Below are positions 1-13,564 of a stretch of DNA of 64,000 bases, in pieces. The position numbers were made by a program, and so were the translations under genes. The stretch covers positions 1 through 64,000 of the forward strand of contig JAAOMT010000657.1 of the NCBI GenBank assembly GCA_016748015.1. The letters run 5' to 3'. The notes under the pieces were generated by a model that did not search any database, was not told the origin of the DNA, and was given only the letters and a program-made list of their open reading frames with translations. The stretch comes from Geosiphon pyriformis uo1 (Eukaryota; Fungi; Glomeromycota). Numbering within the stretch: the stretch's first letter is position 1; each line of letters begins with the position of its first letter.

Positions 1-1057
1 CTGGAGGCAATTTGTTGTCATGCTGTTTTTTTTGTTGAGCTTGGGAGTATTTAATATGGGTGGCTGCTATTCGTTGTTTTTCTTCTAATGTGCTAAGCAG
101 AATGTAGGCTCTTCATTGTAGTGTTTCCTAGAAATTGTTTTTATCGATTGGTTGTGCTGGGTATGTTTCCACTGTGAAACTAATTGGTAATGTTGCTGTC
201 CTTTCATAAGTTAAATCAAATGGTGTGTGTTTTGTGGTATTTTGTTTTAGTGTTCTATATGCTAATAACACTGATGGAATAAAGAGATCCCATTCTTGCT
301 CAAAATTGGTTGAGACTTTGGTTAATGATTCACACAATGTTCTGTTGAACCATTCTACAAGTCTATTTGTTTGTGGATGGTAGGGTGAAGATAATGGTCT
401 CTTGACATTAAATCATCCACAAATTTTCTGGATTAAATTGTTTACAAAATGTGTTCCTTGATCAGATAAAAGTTCTATTGGGCATTCATGTCTACAAATG
501 ATGTTTTTGTAGATGAAGTTTGCTACTGATTTCACATCTGCTCATTGAATGGCTCTGGCTTTAGGCCATTTGGTGAGATAGTCTACAGCTACTGCAATAT
601 AATGGTTTCCTTGGTTTGTGATAAGGAGTGGTCCGACTAAATTGATACCAACTTGGTCAAAAGGCTGTCCAACTTTGATTGAGTTTAAAGATTCTGTAGG
701 GCAAGTTTCTTTTCTTCTTTGACAACTATCACAAGACTTAACATATTCATGAATGTCTTTTCTTATTTGAGGCCAAAAATAATATTCTAGTGTTCTCTGG
801 GTGGTGCTGTCTTTTCCTAAGTGTGCTGATAAAGGGTCTGAGTGCATATTATATAAAATAGTTTCTTTTTCATGTTTTTGTATTAATCTGAGTGAACTGT
901 CTGGGTTTCTGAAGTTTCAATAATAAATAATATTGTTGTGTAAGAAGTATTGTTTGGCTTGTTGTTGTAACTGATGTTTTTCATCTGAGAACCAATCTGT
1001 TGGAATTGTTAATGTCTCCAGATATTGTTTAAGATTGTTGTAGTTTTCGGGGTTCAT
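1..1057 (-). pseudogene. Integrase of A (separate ORF starting MNPENYNNL; zinc-binding motif and catalytic core; truncated by the window edge)
   Basis: ORF pieces 542-847 (HSDPLSAH...CDSCQRR, DYLTKW) and 128-337 (WD...LLAYRT); multiple stops. Confidence 0.88.
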
Positions 1058-1095
1058 TGTTTGTTGTTAATTTAAATGGATGTTGTTTTTATGTT

Positions 1096-4000
1096 CTAAT
1101 CTTGTCTCATTCTTGAGAGACAATCAATATTGGTGCGGAGTTTTCCTGGTTTGTAATGTACAATGTATTGGTAGTTGGCTAAAAATCCTGTCCATCAAGT
1201 TTGTTTGGCATTCAGCTGAGTGTTTTTGTTTTGAAGCCATTTAAGTCTAATATTATCAGTGATAATATCGAATTCTTTAGATCTGAGATAAAAGTTGAAG
1301 TGGTGTAGAGCCCAAATTACAGCTGCTGTTTCTAGTTTTATGGCAGGGTAGTTTTTTTCGGCTGGTTTTAATGTTCTGCTAGCATAAGTAATTACTTGCT
1401 CATTTTTGTTGTCATTTAATTATGATAAGATAACACCAAAGGCAGTATAAGAAGTGTCTGTAGCTAGTTAAAATCAGTTACTGAAGTCTGGGTAGGCTAG
1501 AATTGGAGCTGTTGTCAGCTTTTCCTTGAGAATTTCAAAAGCTTTTTGGTGTTTTTCCATCCATTTGTATTTGACGTTTTTAATAGTGAACTGGTTGAGA
1601 GGTTTTGCGATTTCTGAAAATCCTTTGATGAATTTTCGGTAATAAGAAGCTAATCCAATAAATTCTCTCAATTCTGTGGTATTTTGTAAAGTCTTAAAGT
1701 TCTTGACAGTGCTGATTTTTCCAGGGTCTGGTTTAATTCCATCTTTGTTCACAATGTGGCCAAAAAAGGCCAAACTCATTTTTCTAAAATAGCATTTTTC
1801 AATGTTCAGTTTCAATCCTGCTTTTTGTAATTATTGAAAAACTTCTCGCAGGTGTTTTAAATGTAATTCGAATGATGAAGAATAAACATCAGTATCATCA
1901 AGATAAACAACTACTGACTTCCAAAGGAGTTCTTTGTACATAATATCTATTAATCTCTAAAATGTTGCTGGTGCATTGCATAATCCGAAAGACATTACAT
2001 TGAATTCATAGTTTCCTCCTTGGGTTGTAAAGGCTGTTTTGGGACAATCTTTGGGATTCATGGCAACTTGCCAGTATTCGCTTTCTAGATCTAGTGTTGA
2101 GAAGTATTTAGATTTTCCAAGGGCATTTAACATGTCATCAATTCGGAGAAAAAGGTAAGCATCTCCAATAGTGACGCTGTTAAGTTGTTGATAATCAACA
2201 CAAAATCGTATCTTTCCATTTTTCTTCTTAACTAAGACCACAAGTGAGACCCATAGACTCATTGATAATTGAATAAGCCCATTGTTAAGCATCCGTTGTA
2301 CTTTTTTTCAGATAAATTGGTGATTTTCTGGAGCAACTCAGTAGGCTTGTTGTCGTCTTAGTTTGGCATCTCCTGTATAGATTTGGTGTTGAACTAAATC
2401 AGTTCTTTCTAAGTCATTGTTGTTTTCGGCAAAGATATTGGCAAATTCTGCAATTAGCTTTTTAAGCTGGTTCTGTTGTTGTGGTTGAAGTTGTTCCATG
2501 TTGATTCGAGATAGTTTTTCTATGACAACATGGTAGTTTTCAGAGCTGGGGTTTGGGTTGATTTTTGGTAGTAAATGTTCAATAATTTCAGAGAAATTGG
2601 GGACTGTTTGGGGTAATTCTTGTTGAAAGATATTACTGTGAATAACTCCAATTTCTAAGTTATTTAATAAAACTATGGGGAAATTGTTGGGATTGTAAAA
2701 AGTAACTTGGATTTTTTTTGTTCCTTTTGGAATATAAATGTTTGGGATCGAGATATTATATTCCAAGCAAATTTGTTTGTTGGACTCAAAAATTTGTTGT
2801 GTAATTGTTGGCTTTTCACAAGTGTAAATTTCAGGATGTTCTCCAAAGAGTGAAATGGTAATTGGTTGTAGAAGTCATAAAATCTGGTGAGATTCTTTTT
2901 GTTTGTTGAGGACTATGTTTACTGGAACTGTCAATTGTTCAGTTGAACCAAAACCTTGGGTTCTTTTTTCACTTTTTCCCAATAGTTCTCTTTGATTGAC
3001 TAATTGTAAACCTGAAATGTTGATTAAGGGTAAATAAATGGCTTGGGCAATTTTTTCGGCATGTTCAATCTTAAACAGCTTGTTAGTTTTGTTTTGGAGT
3101 ATTATTGTTATGTCACTAGTATATTCAGCATCGATTATTTCTCCTCTAACATTGATTCTTTTGCTTGCCAGAGAGGACCAGGAGGCGATTTGAATCATTG
3201 CTCCTGGCGGGATTTCGAGAGCAGTTTTGAGGTTAATTTTTGTGAAAGATTTGGGTTTAAGAATAAGAGTATCCTTGTCTGGATATTTTAGGTCATATCC
3301 AGCATCAATTTCATGTGCTTTTTCGGATTTTATTTCTTGTCTATTGTTGTTGAAGTATTTGAGTTGTAAGGCAGACTGGTTTTCGATGAGATAGATAGGT
3401 GTTGCTTCAACTTCTTCTGTTGCTTCAGGTTCTCCAAATTTAATTTCGTTCTCATCATTTTTACCAGGCAGAGGAATGCTAAGAGCATAGCATTCAGGAC
3501 ACCACTGTTCATTACAAGGCATAATGTATTTTTTACATAGCCTAATGTTCATTTGCTTTAATCATTGAATTTAAGCTTCTTGGGTTGGATAGGTGTGACT
3601 TGCAATTTGGTGGTAGACTTCTACTTCATCTTCGTAATTGAATCCAGCTAATTTTATGGTGTATTCAATGTATTCTGCTTCCTTCATTTGATGGACATCT
3701 TCTTTGGTAGCTTCATTAATTAATGCCATTGCTAAGTCGAAAATCATCTCAGCATTATGGGGGTAGTAATAAAGTTTGTTAAGAGCACTGTTGTATGCCA
3801 CATTAAAGGGTGTTCCTCTTTTTACTTTTTCTGAAATTGATAAAGCATATTGACAGGTCTGGTCGCAGACTCCTCCTCTTATTGCTACATCAATCTAATT
3901 TTATTCTTCTGGTAGCATATCTCCACAAGTCAAACAAAGGGTGTTGTCCCATTTTCCACTTCTTTTTATTAGATGGCCTCATCATTCTCTGTGGTAAGCC

Positions 4001-6750
4001 TTGCAGTAATAACAAGTATGATTTTCATATTCTTCTTCAGGTAAAATGCAGGCTTCCATTAAGGAGAGTTTCTTGTGGCAGTCCTTGCATTTGAGTGGAA
4101 TGTAGGGGCGTTGTTTTTGTGGTTCTGGTTTTGAATAAGGGACATTCTATCTGGTTGTCACTGGTTCTTTTGTTTCAAGAGAATCATTTGTTAAAAAGTA
4201 CTGTTGTTCAGTTTCATCGGCCTAATTGAAGGTTGATCCAAGTGCCATAAATGTTTCAATAATGGGCTTTTCTTTTTCCAGTTTGAATTCAAAAGCTGGG
4301 GCTTTTTTGGAGCATTTGTTGAATGTACCACTAGTGGCAGGTACTCGGGTGTGTTGTCCTTGGTAGGAAATTGTTAACTCTTGTGTCTCCCAATTCAGAT
4401 TAGTATTGGCTTTTTGAAGCCAATCATTTCTGACAAAAGCTTGATACTGGGGTGCATCTATTACAAGAACTTTGACTGGAATAGTAATTCTATTAAGAGT
4501 GAATGGAAAATTGTCAATTTTTTCTACTAGAGTCTTTTTCATGTCATCAGCAGTAATGATTACTGTTTGAGCTGGTCGGTCAACATTTCTCTTTAACTGT
4601 TGCATTAACTGGTAGGTGATGATGCTTCCAGCAGATCCACTGTCTAGGATCAAGTGAATTGCCTTTCCTTCAACTTCTACTTCAGTGTACATGGCAGTGA
4701 TTGCTTTTTGTTTGTTAGCAGTTGTATTGCTAAGCAGAAATGATGACTCATTTGCTTCAAACTCAAAAGGGAATATGTCTGAAAGGTTGGTGTTTTTAGC
4801 AATTCTGGCTAGTGGAATTATGATAGGAGTATAGGAAGGGTTTTGTTGTTGTGCTGCAGTTCTACCTTCCAAGAGTGCAGTATAGTGAAAATCCTGTTCT
4901 TCAGGTATAGTAAGATAGCTAGGTTGAGTATAATAATGAGTGGATTTTGGCTGAGCTGGATTTTGGAGAACTAATTGGTTGTTCGAATTGATTTTATTGT
5001 TGTTTACTTGGTATTAGTTTTGTGGTATGAATTGATTTTATGGAATTAATCTTTGAGCAGGCACTTGATAATGTTGTGTGGGTGGTTGTTGGTATTGCTG
5101 TTGAATTGGCTGTGAGACAGGCTGATAATAGTTACTTTGATATTGGGGTCTTGGTAGATAGTAAGCTGGTGGTGATAGTTAATAATAAGATTGCTATGGT
5201 GGAGGGTAATGTTGATTACTCCTATTTTGTTGGTCTCATTGTAGCTTTCTGCAATCTCTTTTCCAGTGGCCAGAAATTCCACAGTAATGGCAACTCTGAG
5301 GCTGGCTATTAGAGGATGATGTGAAGTTGTTTTGATTTTGTCTTTGGGGTGGTTGATATCTTTGGGGTTGCTGTTGTTGTTGGTTGGTGAAATAGTTTTC
5401 GACTTTCTTTGTGAGTTGGTCAATTTTCTCTTCAGCTGCTGAGCTAGTCTCTCCAATGGCTAAGTTTACGAGCTTTGTATGATTGGCTTCTTCTATGGCC
5501 ATTTCATATCTCTTTGCATGCTGAATGGCAGAGTTTAAATCTTCTGGGGCATATGGGCAAATCTTTTTAATCAGTTTATTCTTTAAACCAGTGATAAATT
5601 GATCCAAAATTTGAGCATTGGAATAATAATCATTAGTTTCAAGTTGGCAAATTTGTCTGAGAAGTTTGTTGAATTTCCTTATATAAGTCATGACAGATTC
5701 GGAGGGTTCTTGTTTGATATTGCAAAAATGATTTCGAAGTGTGATTGAGGTGTTGTTATTGGTGAATTGTTCTAAGAAGGCAGTTTTGAAAGCTGTCCAG
5801 TCATTAAAAGAGGTGGTCAAGTTTTTGAACCATTTGCCTGCTGTTCCTTTGAGAAAGTAGAGAATTGTTCTTAACATTCTGGCAGTATTCCATCCATTTG
5901 CATCTCCAGCTTTAGTAACTTGGTCGAGCCATTCTTGGGGACTGGTCTCAATATCTTCTCCATTAAATTCAGGAATTTTTGCAATATAAGCTGTTATTTT
6001 GTCTTCTTTCTCGTTATTTGTTAATTCACTTTCTTCTTCGGATTCTACTTCTTCTTCAATGGGTTCAGAAACATTTTCTTTGTTGGCTAATGTTTCAGAG
6101 TGTTTACTTGTGTTTTCTGCTAAATAGTCAAGAAGATTGGTACTAGTCTGAAGGGTTTCTTGTTGTCTGGTGGGACTTCTGGGTAATGTATAATCTTCTA
6201 GTCTTGAAAATTAATTTAAAGGTAAATTAGGAGTTTCTGCTTGTGCAAGTGAAGCTAGAAAAGGTGTAATAGTAAGTGGGAGTTTTGAACTGGTTCCTTG
6301 TTCAGGTGTTTGTAAGTGTTTAGCAGTTGTTTTTGGTAGTATTGGAGTATTTAGTGTGGTTTTTGAGTATTGCTTCAATTTTTGTTTGTCTTTGTTGCTT
6401 GTTTCTGTTTCTGATTCAAAGTCAAAAGAGTATTTAGACTGTACTGGATATTTTTCTTCACAATACTCAATAATGTTAAAATTAAGTTCTTGGAAGTAGG
6501 TAGTAAGTGTTTCACTGTTCAGGTCTTCTGTTTCCAATTGTGAATAGTGCACTAAATTATTGTAGAGATTGCTTCTAACTTCTGAAATGTTGTAGTTTCT
6601 AAAAAAATAATTGTTGATGTGGTTTTCAATGTATTGGTATACTGATTTCTTTACAACTTCAATTCCGTCTGAAATGTTGAATCTTTGCTTGCAGTGGGTG
6701 TAAATTGACTGGTAATACTCTAGAGTTGCTGTGTCTGGTGTGGTTGCTAC
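1096..6750 (-). pseudogene. gag-PR-Cys-rich-dUTPase-RT-RNase H polyprotein of A, disrupted
   Basis: ORF fragments 5236-5877 (retrotrans-gag, CCHC), 4222-4872 (DSG protease), 2875-3552 (dUTPase), 1957-2292 and 1474-1815 (RT); RH ends DCLSRMRQD*. Confidence 0.9.
2935..3330 (-). pseudogene. Trimeric-type dUTPase domain in A
   Basis: Motifs DAGYDL, SWSSLA (RSS mutated), GEIIDAEY, KIAQA, QGFGST. Confidence 0.9.
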
Positions 6751-6777
6751 TTTGAATTTGTTATTACTGTGTTATTT

Positions 6778-6793
6778 CCGTGGGAGAGCACCA
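6778..6793 (-). promoter_or_regulatory. Primer-binding site of A (TGGTGCTCTCCCACGG)
   Basis: TGG-starting tract 2 nt after the LTR end (CA-TT-TGG). Confidence 0.8.
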
Positions 6794-6795
6794 AA

Positions 6796-7774
6796 TGTTA
6801 CCGAAAGTTTTTGGTCTCTTCTTAGCTCTTGTATGTTTGTTGTAATGCTGTTAATTCATGACTATGGGAAGTGTTTGAACTTCCAATAACTGAATTTATC
6901 TCTTTGAATTATCTCCTATAATTCAAACTGCTGGGCTTATAGTGGAATGACCAATTCTGTGCAAGTTGCTTTGTATAGTTATATTGTAGTAAACGTCAAC
7001 TCTTTTTCAGGAAATACTCATCTGGAAGCTCACTAAAAATGTGTAGTTACTTTGCTGTGAAAGTCAACTCTTCTACAGGAATTTTTGTCTGTAGGCTACC
7101 CTAATGATTATAATAATAAAAAAAAAAAAAAGAAAAGAAAAAGAAATGAGGAATTGATTTGTTAAAGTTGTTTTGGATCCAGGCCTAGAAGTATTTTAAC
7201 AGTTTACTGAAATTGGTAGCTAATCAATTTCAAACTGTTTAGTAAGGATTGGTTAATTTCAAAAGGAAAATAATTAAGGATTTGATTTTTCAAATTATTT
7301 GATATTTATTTCGTTTTTGTGTGTAAAAGATGATTTTAATTGTTAAATTTGAAGTAAGATACATTTTCTCAAAGAGAGAAGCTCTTTTTTTATACAACTT
7401 GTCATAATACTATTCTATGAACTTGAACTTTGCTCTTTTCTACAATTTTGCTGAACTAAAGATATATTTCAGTAAACTACAAGTTATTTCTACGAACTAT
7501 TAGATATCTTGGTAAACTATCAATTATTTCGGTGAATTTCTACAAATTTTGGCAAACTTTTGAATGTTACATATTTTGGGGTATTGCATGATTGATCATC
7601 ACACTTAGGTTACATTTGTGTTATGTACAAATTGGATTATTAATTAAATGATAATTTCGGACATTTTGCTAATGTAATAAGTGATAATTTGAAACGATAA
7701 TATATGCTAATTAATGATAAGATTTATAAGGGTAATTTCATGCTAAACAATATCTCTAATTTTGTCTGGTAATA
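6796..7774 (-). repeat. 5' LTR of A (~980 bp)
   Basis: Colinear reverse-complement match to the solo LTR at 45455-46438; termini TGTTAC / GTAATA (mutated GTAACA). Confidence 0.88.
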
Positions 7775-7870
7775 TTGCTCATTAAAGTTGAATTCTCTTT
7801 GATTATTTCCATCACCCTACAATCCTGTTCTCCCTTGCTATCCGTAAGCTTGTTACTCCAATCCATAACA
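7775..7870 (+). repeat. 3' remnant of the 5' LTR of B
   Basis: Matches the last ~95 nt of the solo LTR 55209-55900; ends CCATAACA. Confidence 0.88.
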
Positions 7871-7876
7871 TAAAAG

Positions 7877-7893
7877 TGGTGCTCTCTGTAAGA
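7877..7893 (+). promoter_or_regulatory. PBS of B (TGGTGCTCTCTGTAAGA), 6 nt from the LTR
   Basis: Similar to the PBS of C/E/F/H. Confidence 0.75.
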
Positions 7894-7922
7894 TTGTTAA
7901 AATCCACTTTGTTTCCTATTGT

Positions 7923-10900
7923 ATGGGTGATTATTCATACCTGCCACAACAATTAGAAGAACACTTTAAAGCACACAACAAAAACAATTTAGACTTTATT
8001 GAACTCAATCCTTTGCCCTTCTACTTGATTTGCTTTCTCATTGAAGAACAATCCAGCAGATAATTTCAAGACTTTTGGAACTGGTTCCTGAACGAGCATT
8101 CAACTGAAACCTACACAGCTTATACAACCTATTACTTTGACCAAGCTTATTTTGAAGACGACTTTAAAGAAAGAAACAACAGTATCAATCAGCTCTTATA
8201 TTCTGCAACCTTTGAACAACAGCCTCCTGATTTCGAATATCTGAATCATCAAATTCACATTTGGATTGCTGTTCATCAAGCAACTAAAACTCCCTTTGAA
8301 ACAGAAGAAGAAAGCTACCAAACTGCTCTTGTTTTTGACCTTTTATCAAGTGAATTAGACTCATCTACACAAACAGTTACCCTTGAACCAATGGCTAATG
8401 ACCCCATGCAAGCAAACATTCTGGCCATCCTCCAAGGTATACAAACTGCTCTAAGAAGAAGAAACAATACTCCACTACCACTATTTAGAGGTATTGCACA
8501 AGATTCAATTGAATGGTTAGATAATTTTGAGAGAACTGCCACAGCCAACCAGTATGATGAAGAATACAAGTTCCAAATCATTGGTGGCTATCTCCAAGGC
8601 TCTTCTGCTATCTGGTTCTCACAAAAAACAGATGTCAATGCTCAACACAGAATAATCAAATGGATACCAACCAATGCTGAAGAAGAAAATATCTCTTTCA
8701 CTACTCGGTTTGAGGCCAAGTTCAGAACCCCAATATTAATATCCAAATGGCGCATGGAATTGGAAAAAAGAACCCAAAGTCCTGGAGAAGTAGTGACTGA
8801 ATATGCCAAAGCTATTAGAAAGCTAATCAAACGTGTAAACTCTGGGAAAAACTGGACAGAAGAACAAAATATCCATTCCTTCACAAAAGAATTAAAAACA
8901 GATCTATTATATGCTCTTTGGTCTTTCTTGGCTTTAAAAGACAACCCAACAATAGATATAGCTATTGAACTGGCACAAAAAATTGAAGATAACTAAACAA
9001 TGCATTTGGGATCCACACTTCCAGTTTTTGCTCCTGCTTCTGTTATGGCTTCTGCCTCTTAAATGACTACTGCCTTTTTTGCTGCCCAAACTTAAAATCC
9101 AAATAAACAATTAATTAATAGACTCACAGCCAATCTTGCCTGGTTATTAGAACCTTTGGCACAAGCAGTTAGAGATAACTAACAATCACAAAGACCCAGA
9201 TATGAACCATGTTTTAATCAGTCCCAGCAACCTCCTTATCAAAGACAGCAAAATCGTGGTCCTCCTGTATGTTATAGATGTGAATTAACTAGACATTTCT
9301 TAAGAGATTGCAACAATCCTCCTTTATCTCCTCCAGTCCCCAGAAATAATGACAATCAAAACAATAGACCCATCAACAATAATGCTCCCAATCAAAGACC
9401 CAACCATGCTAACATCAATTTTTTGGAGAGAATCCCTTAGTTGAAGCCACAGTTTACCAGTTTTTAAACTGGTAGGTGCACCTCTAAAGAGTAAGAGTGC
9501 AAGCCAACCAGAAAAAAACCCTTTTTATGCTTTTAACTTAACTGATGATGACCATGACAGGGATGAACTAGCAATCAACACCTTAGAATCAACAAGGAAG
9601 AAGAAGAAAGCCAAAGTAGATCCAAATAAACCATCCACATCAACTGCTGATAATAATAAGCCACCAAAGGCTAAAGTTTTTAAGAATTCTCCAAAGTTGA
9701 AACCCCCAGAAATAGTACAAAAATCTGGTCCTTATTCTGTTGTCAAAGATCTCATGAAAACTTCTGCACATATTACCTTTGGCCAACTAATGACCTACTC
9801 ACAATTTAGAAAAGATCTCCGCAAATCTTTAATTCCCAAGAAGAAAACACCAAAAACCAATAAACGTCTTCACCAAGCTGGACTTGCCAACAACAGCAAT
9901 GTTACCCCATTAATTTGCAAAGCCCAAGTGGCTGGCTATTTTATTGACTTAATTCTGGACAGTAGATTACCTGTTAGCATCATTGCCAAACACTTTTTGG
10001 AAGCAATTAGGAGAAAAATTGATGAATCTTCCACCCGACCAATGACCAATGTACATGGTGACAAAAAGAAAGGTCTGGGCATAACCAAAGCTGTTCCTGT
10101 CCGTATTAATGACATCAGCATTGAAACTGACATGGAAGTTTCTGATGCCAAGAAATACACTATTATTGTTGAAAATGAATGGTTCAAGAAAGCCAAAGCA
10201 TTACTTAACTATGAACTTTGTGAGCTAATTATCAGATGTGATAAGAAGCCCATTGTGGTTAAGTGTTGCTACTGGACAACCTCTCCAATACCAAAACAGA
10301 ATCAGAAAGAAAACCAATCAAAGGAATCAAATGATGAAGAAAGTGATGATGAAGAAAAACAAGAGGAACAAGAAGAAACTGCTGAACCTGCCTATACCAC
10401 CTTCACCAGCAATGACAAGCCACTAGACAATATCAAAGCTGACAGAAAAAGAATTATTGTAAATAGCAAGCTGATCTGCTGGCCCTACTATGATATCCTA
10501 AGAAGAACTTTTGACCAGAAGCCTAGCAAAAAAGCCAAGTATCATTATTGGTGGCATGGTTCTTGTGCCTGGTGCTGGTGCAATCAACTCTTGTATTCTC
10601 CAAGTGACAAATGCAAATTCTGCCTGATTTATTACAAAGATTGGGAACCAATCAGTTTGATACCTAGAGAAGAATTGAAAGAAGTTCAAAAGTCTTTTGA
10701 AAATGAACCACCTGAGATCCAATCACTAGTTGTAGAACAAAGAGAACCCTCTCCAGAAGAAAGAAAAATAGACATTGAAAATCTGCTGGCTAGAAACAGC
10801 CCAGTTATCTCAAAAGAAAGTGATACTTCTGGACAAACTCATGTGATACAACACACCATCACCACCAGAGAAACTCACTTCATCTATTTGAAGTCTTATC

Positions 10901-12144
10901 AATTCAATCGCTAAAATGATGAGTTCATCAAGAAAAAAATAAACCAAATGAAAGAACTTGGATTCATACAAAAAACCAAGAGTGAATGGGCTTTCCCAGT
11001 TGTAGTGGTATCCAAGAAAGGTGGAACCTTATGTTTCTGTGTTGATTACTGCCAATTAAATGCCACCACTAAAAGAGATATGTATCCATTTCCCAAGATT
11101 GATACAATGCTGAACCAATTCAAAGATGCTGCTTTCTTTTCAACCATTGATCTAACTGCTGGATTCTGGCAAGTAGAGATAGATCCAGAAAGCTAGAAGA
11201 AAACTGCCTTCATCACCAAGTATGGCACCTATGAATTCACAGTCATGTCTTTTAGTCTCACCAATGCCCCTCCTATCTTTCAATGCTTAATAGATAAAGT
11301 ATTTGAATCAGTGAAAGAAAACTTTGTTCTGGTCTATCTGAACGATATAATAATATACTCAAAAACCTGGAATAAACATCTTGTACATTTGCAAAAAGTT
11401 TTTGATCTTCTCAGAAATGCAGATCTCAAGATCAACCTGATCAAATCTTTCTTTGGAAAACAATCCACCCAATTCTTTGGTCATCTTATCACAAAAGATA
11501 GAATCTTTCCTGACCCAGCTAAGGTTGAAAAAGTCCAGAACATTAGACAATCAATGAATGTTCATAAACTATGCTCTTTCCTTGGTTTGGCTTCCTATTA
11601 TCGCAAATTTGTTAAGGATTTCTTCAAAATAGCTGCTCCACTTAATCAGCTATTCAAGAAAAACATCAACTATCATTGGGGCATACACTAACAAAAAGCT
11701 TTTGAAACTCTAAAGGAAAAACTAGTCACTGAACCAATTCTGAAGCAACCTGATGTAGATCAACCTTTCATCCTCCACACTGATATATCTGGTTATGGAC
11801 TTGGAGCTGTTCTATCCCAGAAAAATGAAGATGGCAAAGAACATGCTATAGCATATACCAGTAGAACTCTCTTACCAGTAGAGCAGAACTACTCGGTGAC
11901 TGAACAAAAATGCCTGACAGTAGTATGGACTACTAGTTATTGAAACAAATATTTTTTTGGTGCCAAATTCCTGGTAGTAACAAATTACCAAGCTTTGGTT
12001 TGGCTGCACAACAAAAAGAAGCTAGAACACAAAAGATTAACTCACTGAATACTCCACTTGGACAAATTTGACTATAATATTCAATATCACAAAGGAGCTA
12101 ATCATCAAAATGCCAATGCTCTCTCCAGACTTACTACCAAATGA
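7923..12144 (+). pseudogene. gag-PR-Cys motif-RT-RNase H of B, disrupted
   Basis: ATG at 7923; gag 8391-8996; CYRC..H..C knuckle at ~9270; protease ILDS; RT 10948-11691 (YLND, mutated YLDD); RH ends NALSRLTTK*. Confidence 0.88.
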
Positions 12145-12209
12145 CAGTACAATCACCTCAAACCAAACCAAACTAATTATTAATAACTCTCCCACAAACA
12201 AACACAATA

Positions 12210-13500
12210 ATGAACTTGGACAACTATTCTGTCTTAATGGAATTTTTGGGTAAAGGACAATACCCACCAGAATACAATCAACAGCAAAGAGAACATTTGC
12301 GCAAACAATTAAAATTCTATTTGATTTGCCAGAACCAGTTATACAAAAGAAATAAAAAAGATCCTGACTGTTCCCAGAGAGTCATAAGATTTGAAGAAAG
12401 AGAAATTGTGCTCTACAATATGCACACTAATTCATTAGCTAGATACTTTGAAAAAACAAAAACAATTCAGAAAACCTTAGCTTGTTATTATTGGCCTATC
12501 TTGGGAAAAAACATTGCTGAATACATTAAAATCTGTAATACCTGCCAAAGAAGAGGAAAACCCAATCGCAAAGAAAATATCCATCCAATTTCTGTTGGTC
12601 AACTATTTGACAGAATTGGTATAGATGTTGTTAGACCTTTAATAGTAACTCCTGATGGCAACAGATACATCATCACAGCTATTGACTATCTTACAAAGTG
12701 GGTAGAAGCAAAAGCCACCCCAGATCAAACAGCAGTCTCAATAACCAATTTCATTTATAAAGATATCATTTGTTGCTATGACTGTCCCAAAGAACTATTA
12801 TCTGATAAAGAAAGAGCTTTTTTCAATACACTGGTTGAAAAACTTTGTAGAAAAATGGGAATACATTACAAACTTTCTTCTCCTTATCACCTCTAAACAA
12901 ATGGCCTAGTGGAATGTTTCAATAGAACACTGTGTGAAATCCTAGCCAAAACAAGTAAAGAAACAAACTTATGGGACAAAATACTGTCTTCAGCTTTGTT
13001 TGCTTATAGAACTGTGAATCATGACATAACAAGTTATAAACCTTTTTATCTGTTTTATGGACAAATGGCAACACTATCAATAGAAACTGATATTGAGACA
13101 ATATCTTTTGAAGAGATTACAATAGGAAATTATAAAAACATTTTGCAAAGAAGACTTGGTACTATTCTTGACTCACTTGTAGAAGCAAAAATAATTGCCT
13201 TTGAAAAGATAAAACAGTTCCAAAAAAAGCTTAAAAAGAAGAAAACTTATAAAACACTTTCTTTAAGTGTTGGTGACTTAGTTTTGGAATACTGCTTAGA
13301 CAGAGACAATGTCTATGGTGATAAATTCTCTAGCCAGTGGAAAGATCCCTTTATAGTCAACAAAGTTTTGAACAATGGTTCTTATATTCTTCAAGATCAA
13401 TCCGAAACAATCTTTAATAATTGTTCTGTTCATGACATGCGACTCAAGAAATATCACAAATGATCTGATTGATTACCAGTTGTGGTAATACTGACCCAAA
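12210..13500 (+). pseudogene. Integrase of B (separate ORF)
   Basis: MNLDNYSVLMEFLGKGQYP..., CNTCQRR, IGIDVV, LLSD, GPF-like WKDPF; no chromodomain. Confidence 0.9.
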
Positions 13501-13564
13501 TGATCAGCAAAAACCAAGTATAAATAAATGCACCATTCCCAAAACAGAGGTATCTTCAATCAAC

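Larger units (their letters stand above)
1..7774 (-). mobile_element. Ty3/Gypsy LTR retrotransposon A (dUTPase-encoding, decayed; 3' end lies beyond the window start); inserted in the 5' LTR of element B
   Basis: Minus-strand order LTR, PBS, gag (CHYCGISGHWKRDC), PR (ILDSGSAGS), dUTPase, RT, RH, IN; the sequence after 7774 resumes in the middle of a B-family LTR. Confidence 0.93.

Noticed and set aside
2875-3552. Host or viral dut gene
   Set aside because: Embedded in frame within the retroelement polyprotein at the same position in five elements
13300-13520. Chromodomain at the integrase C-terminus
   Set aside because: IN ends shortly after the GPF/RLKxY region with a short hydrophobic PVVVI/EPIIII tail; no chromodomain motif
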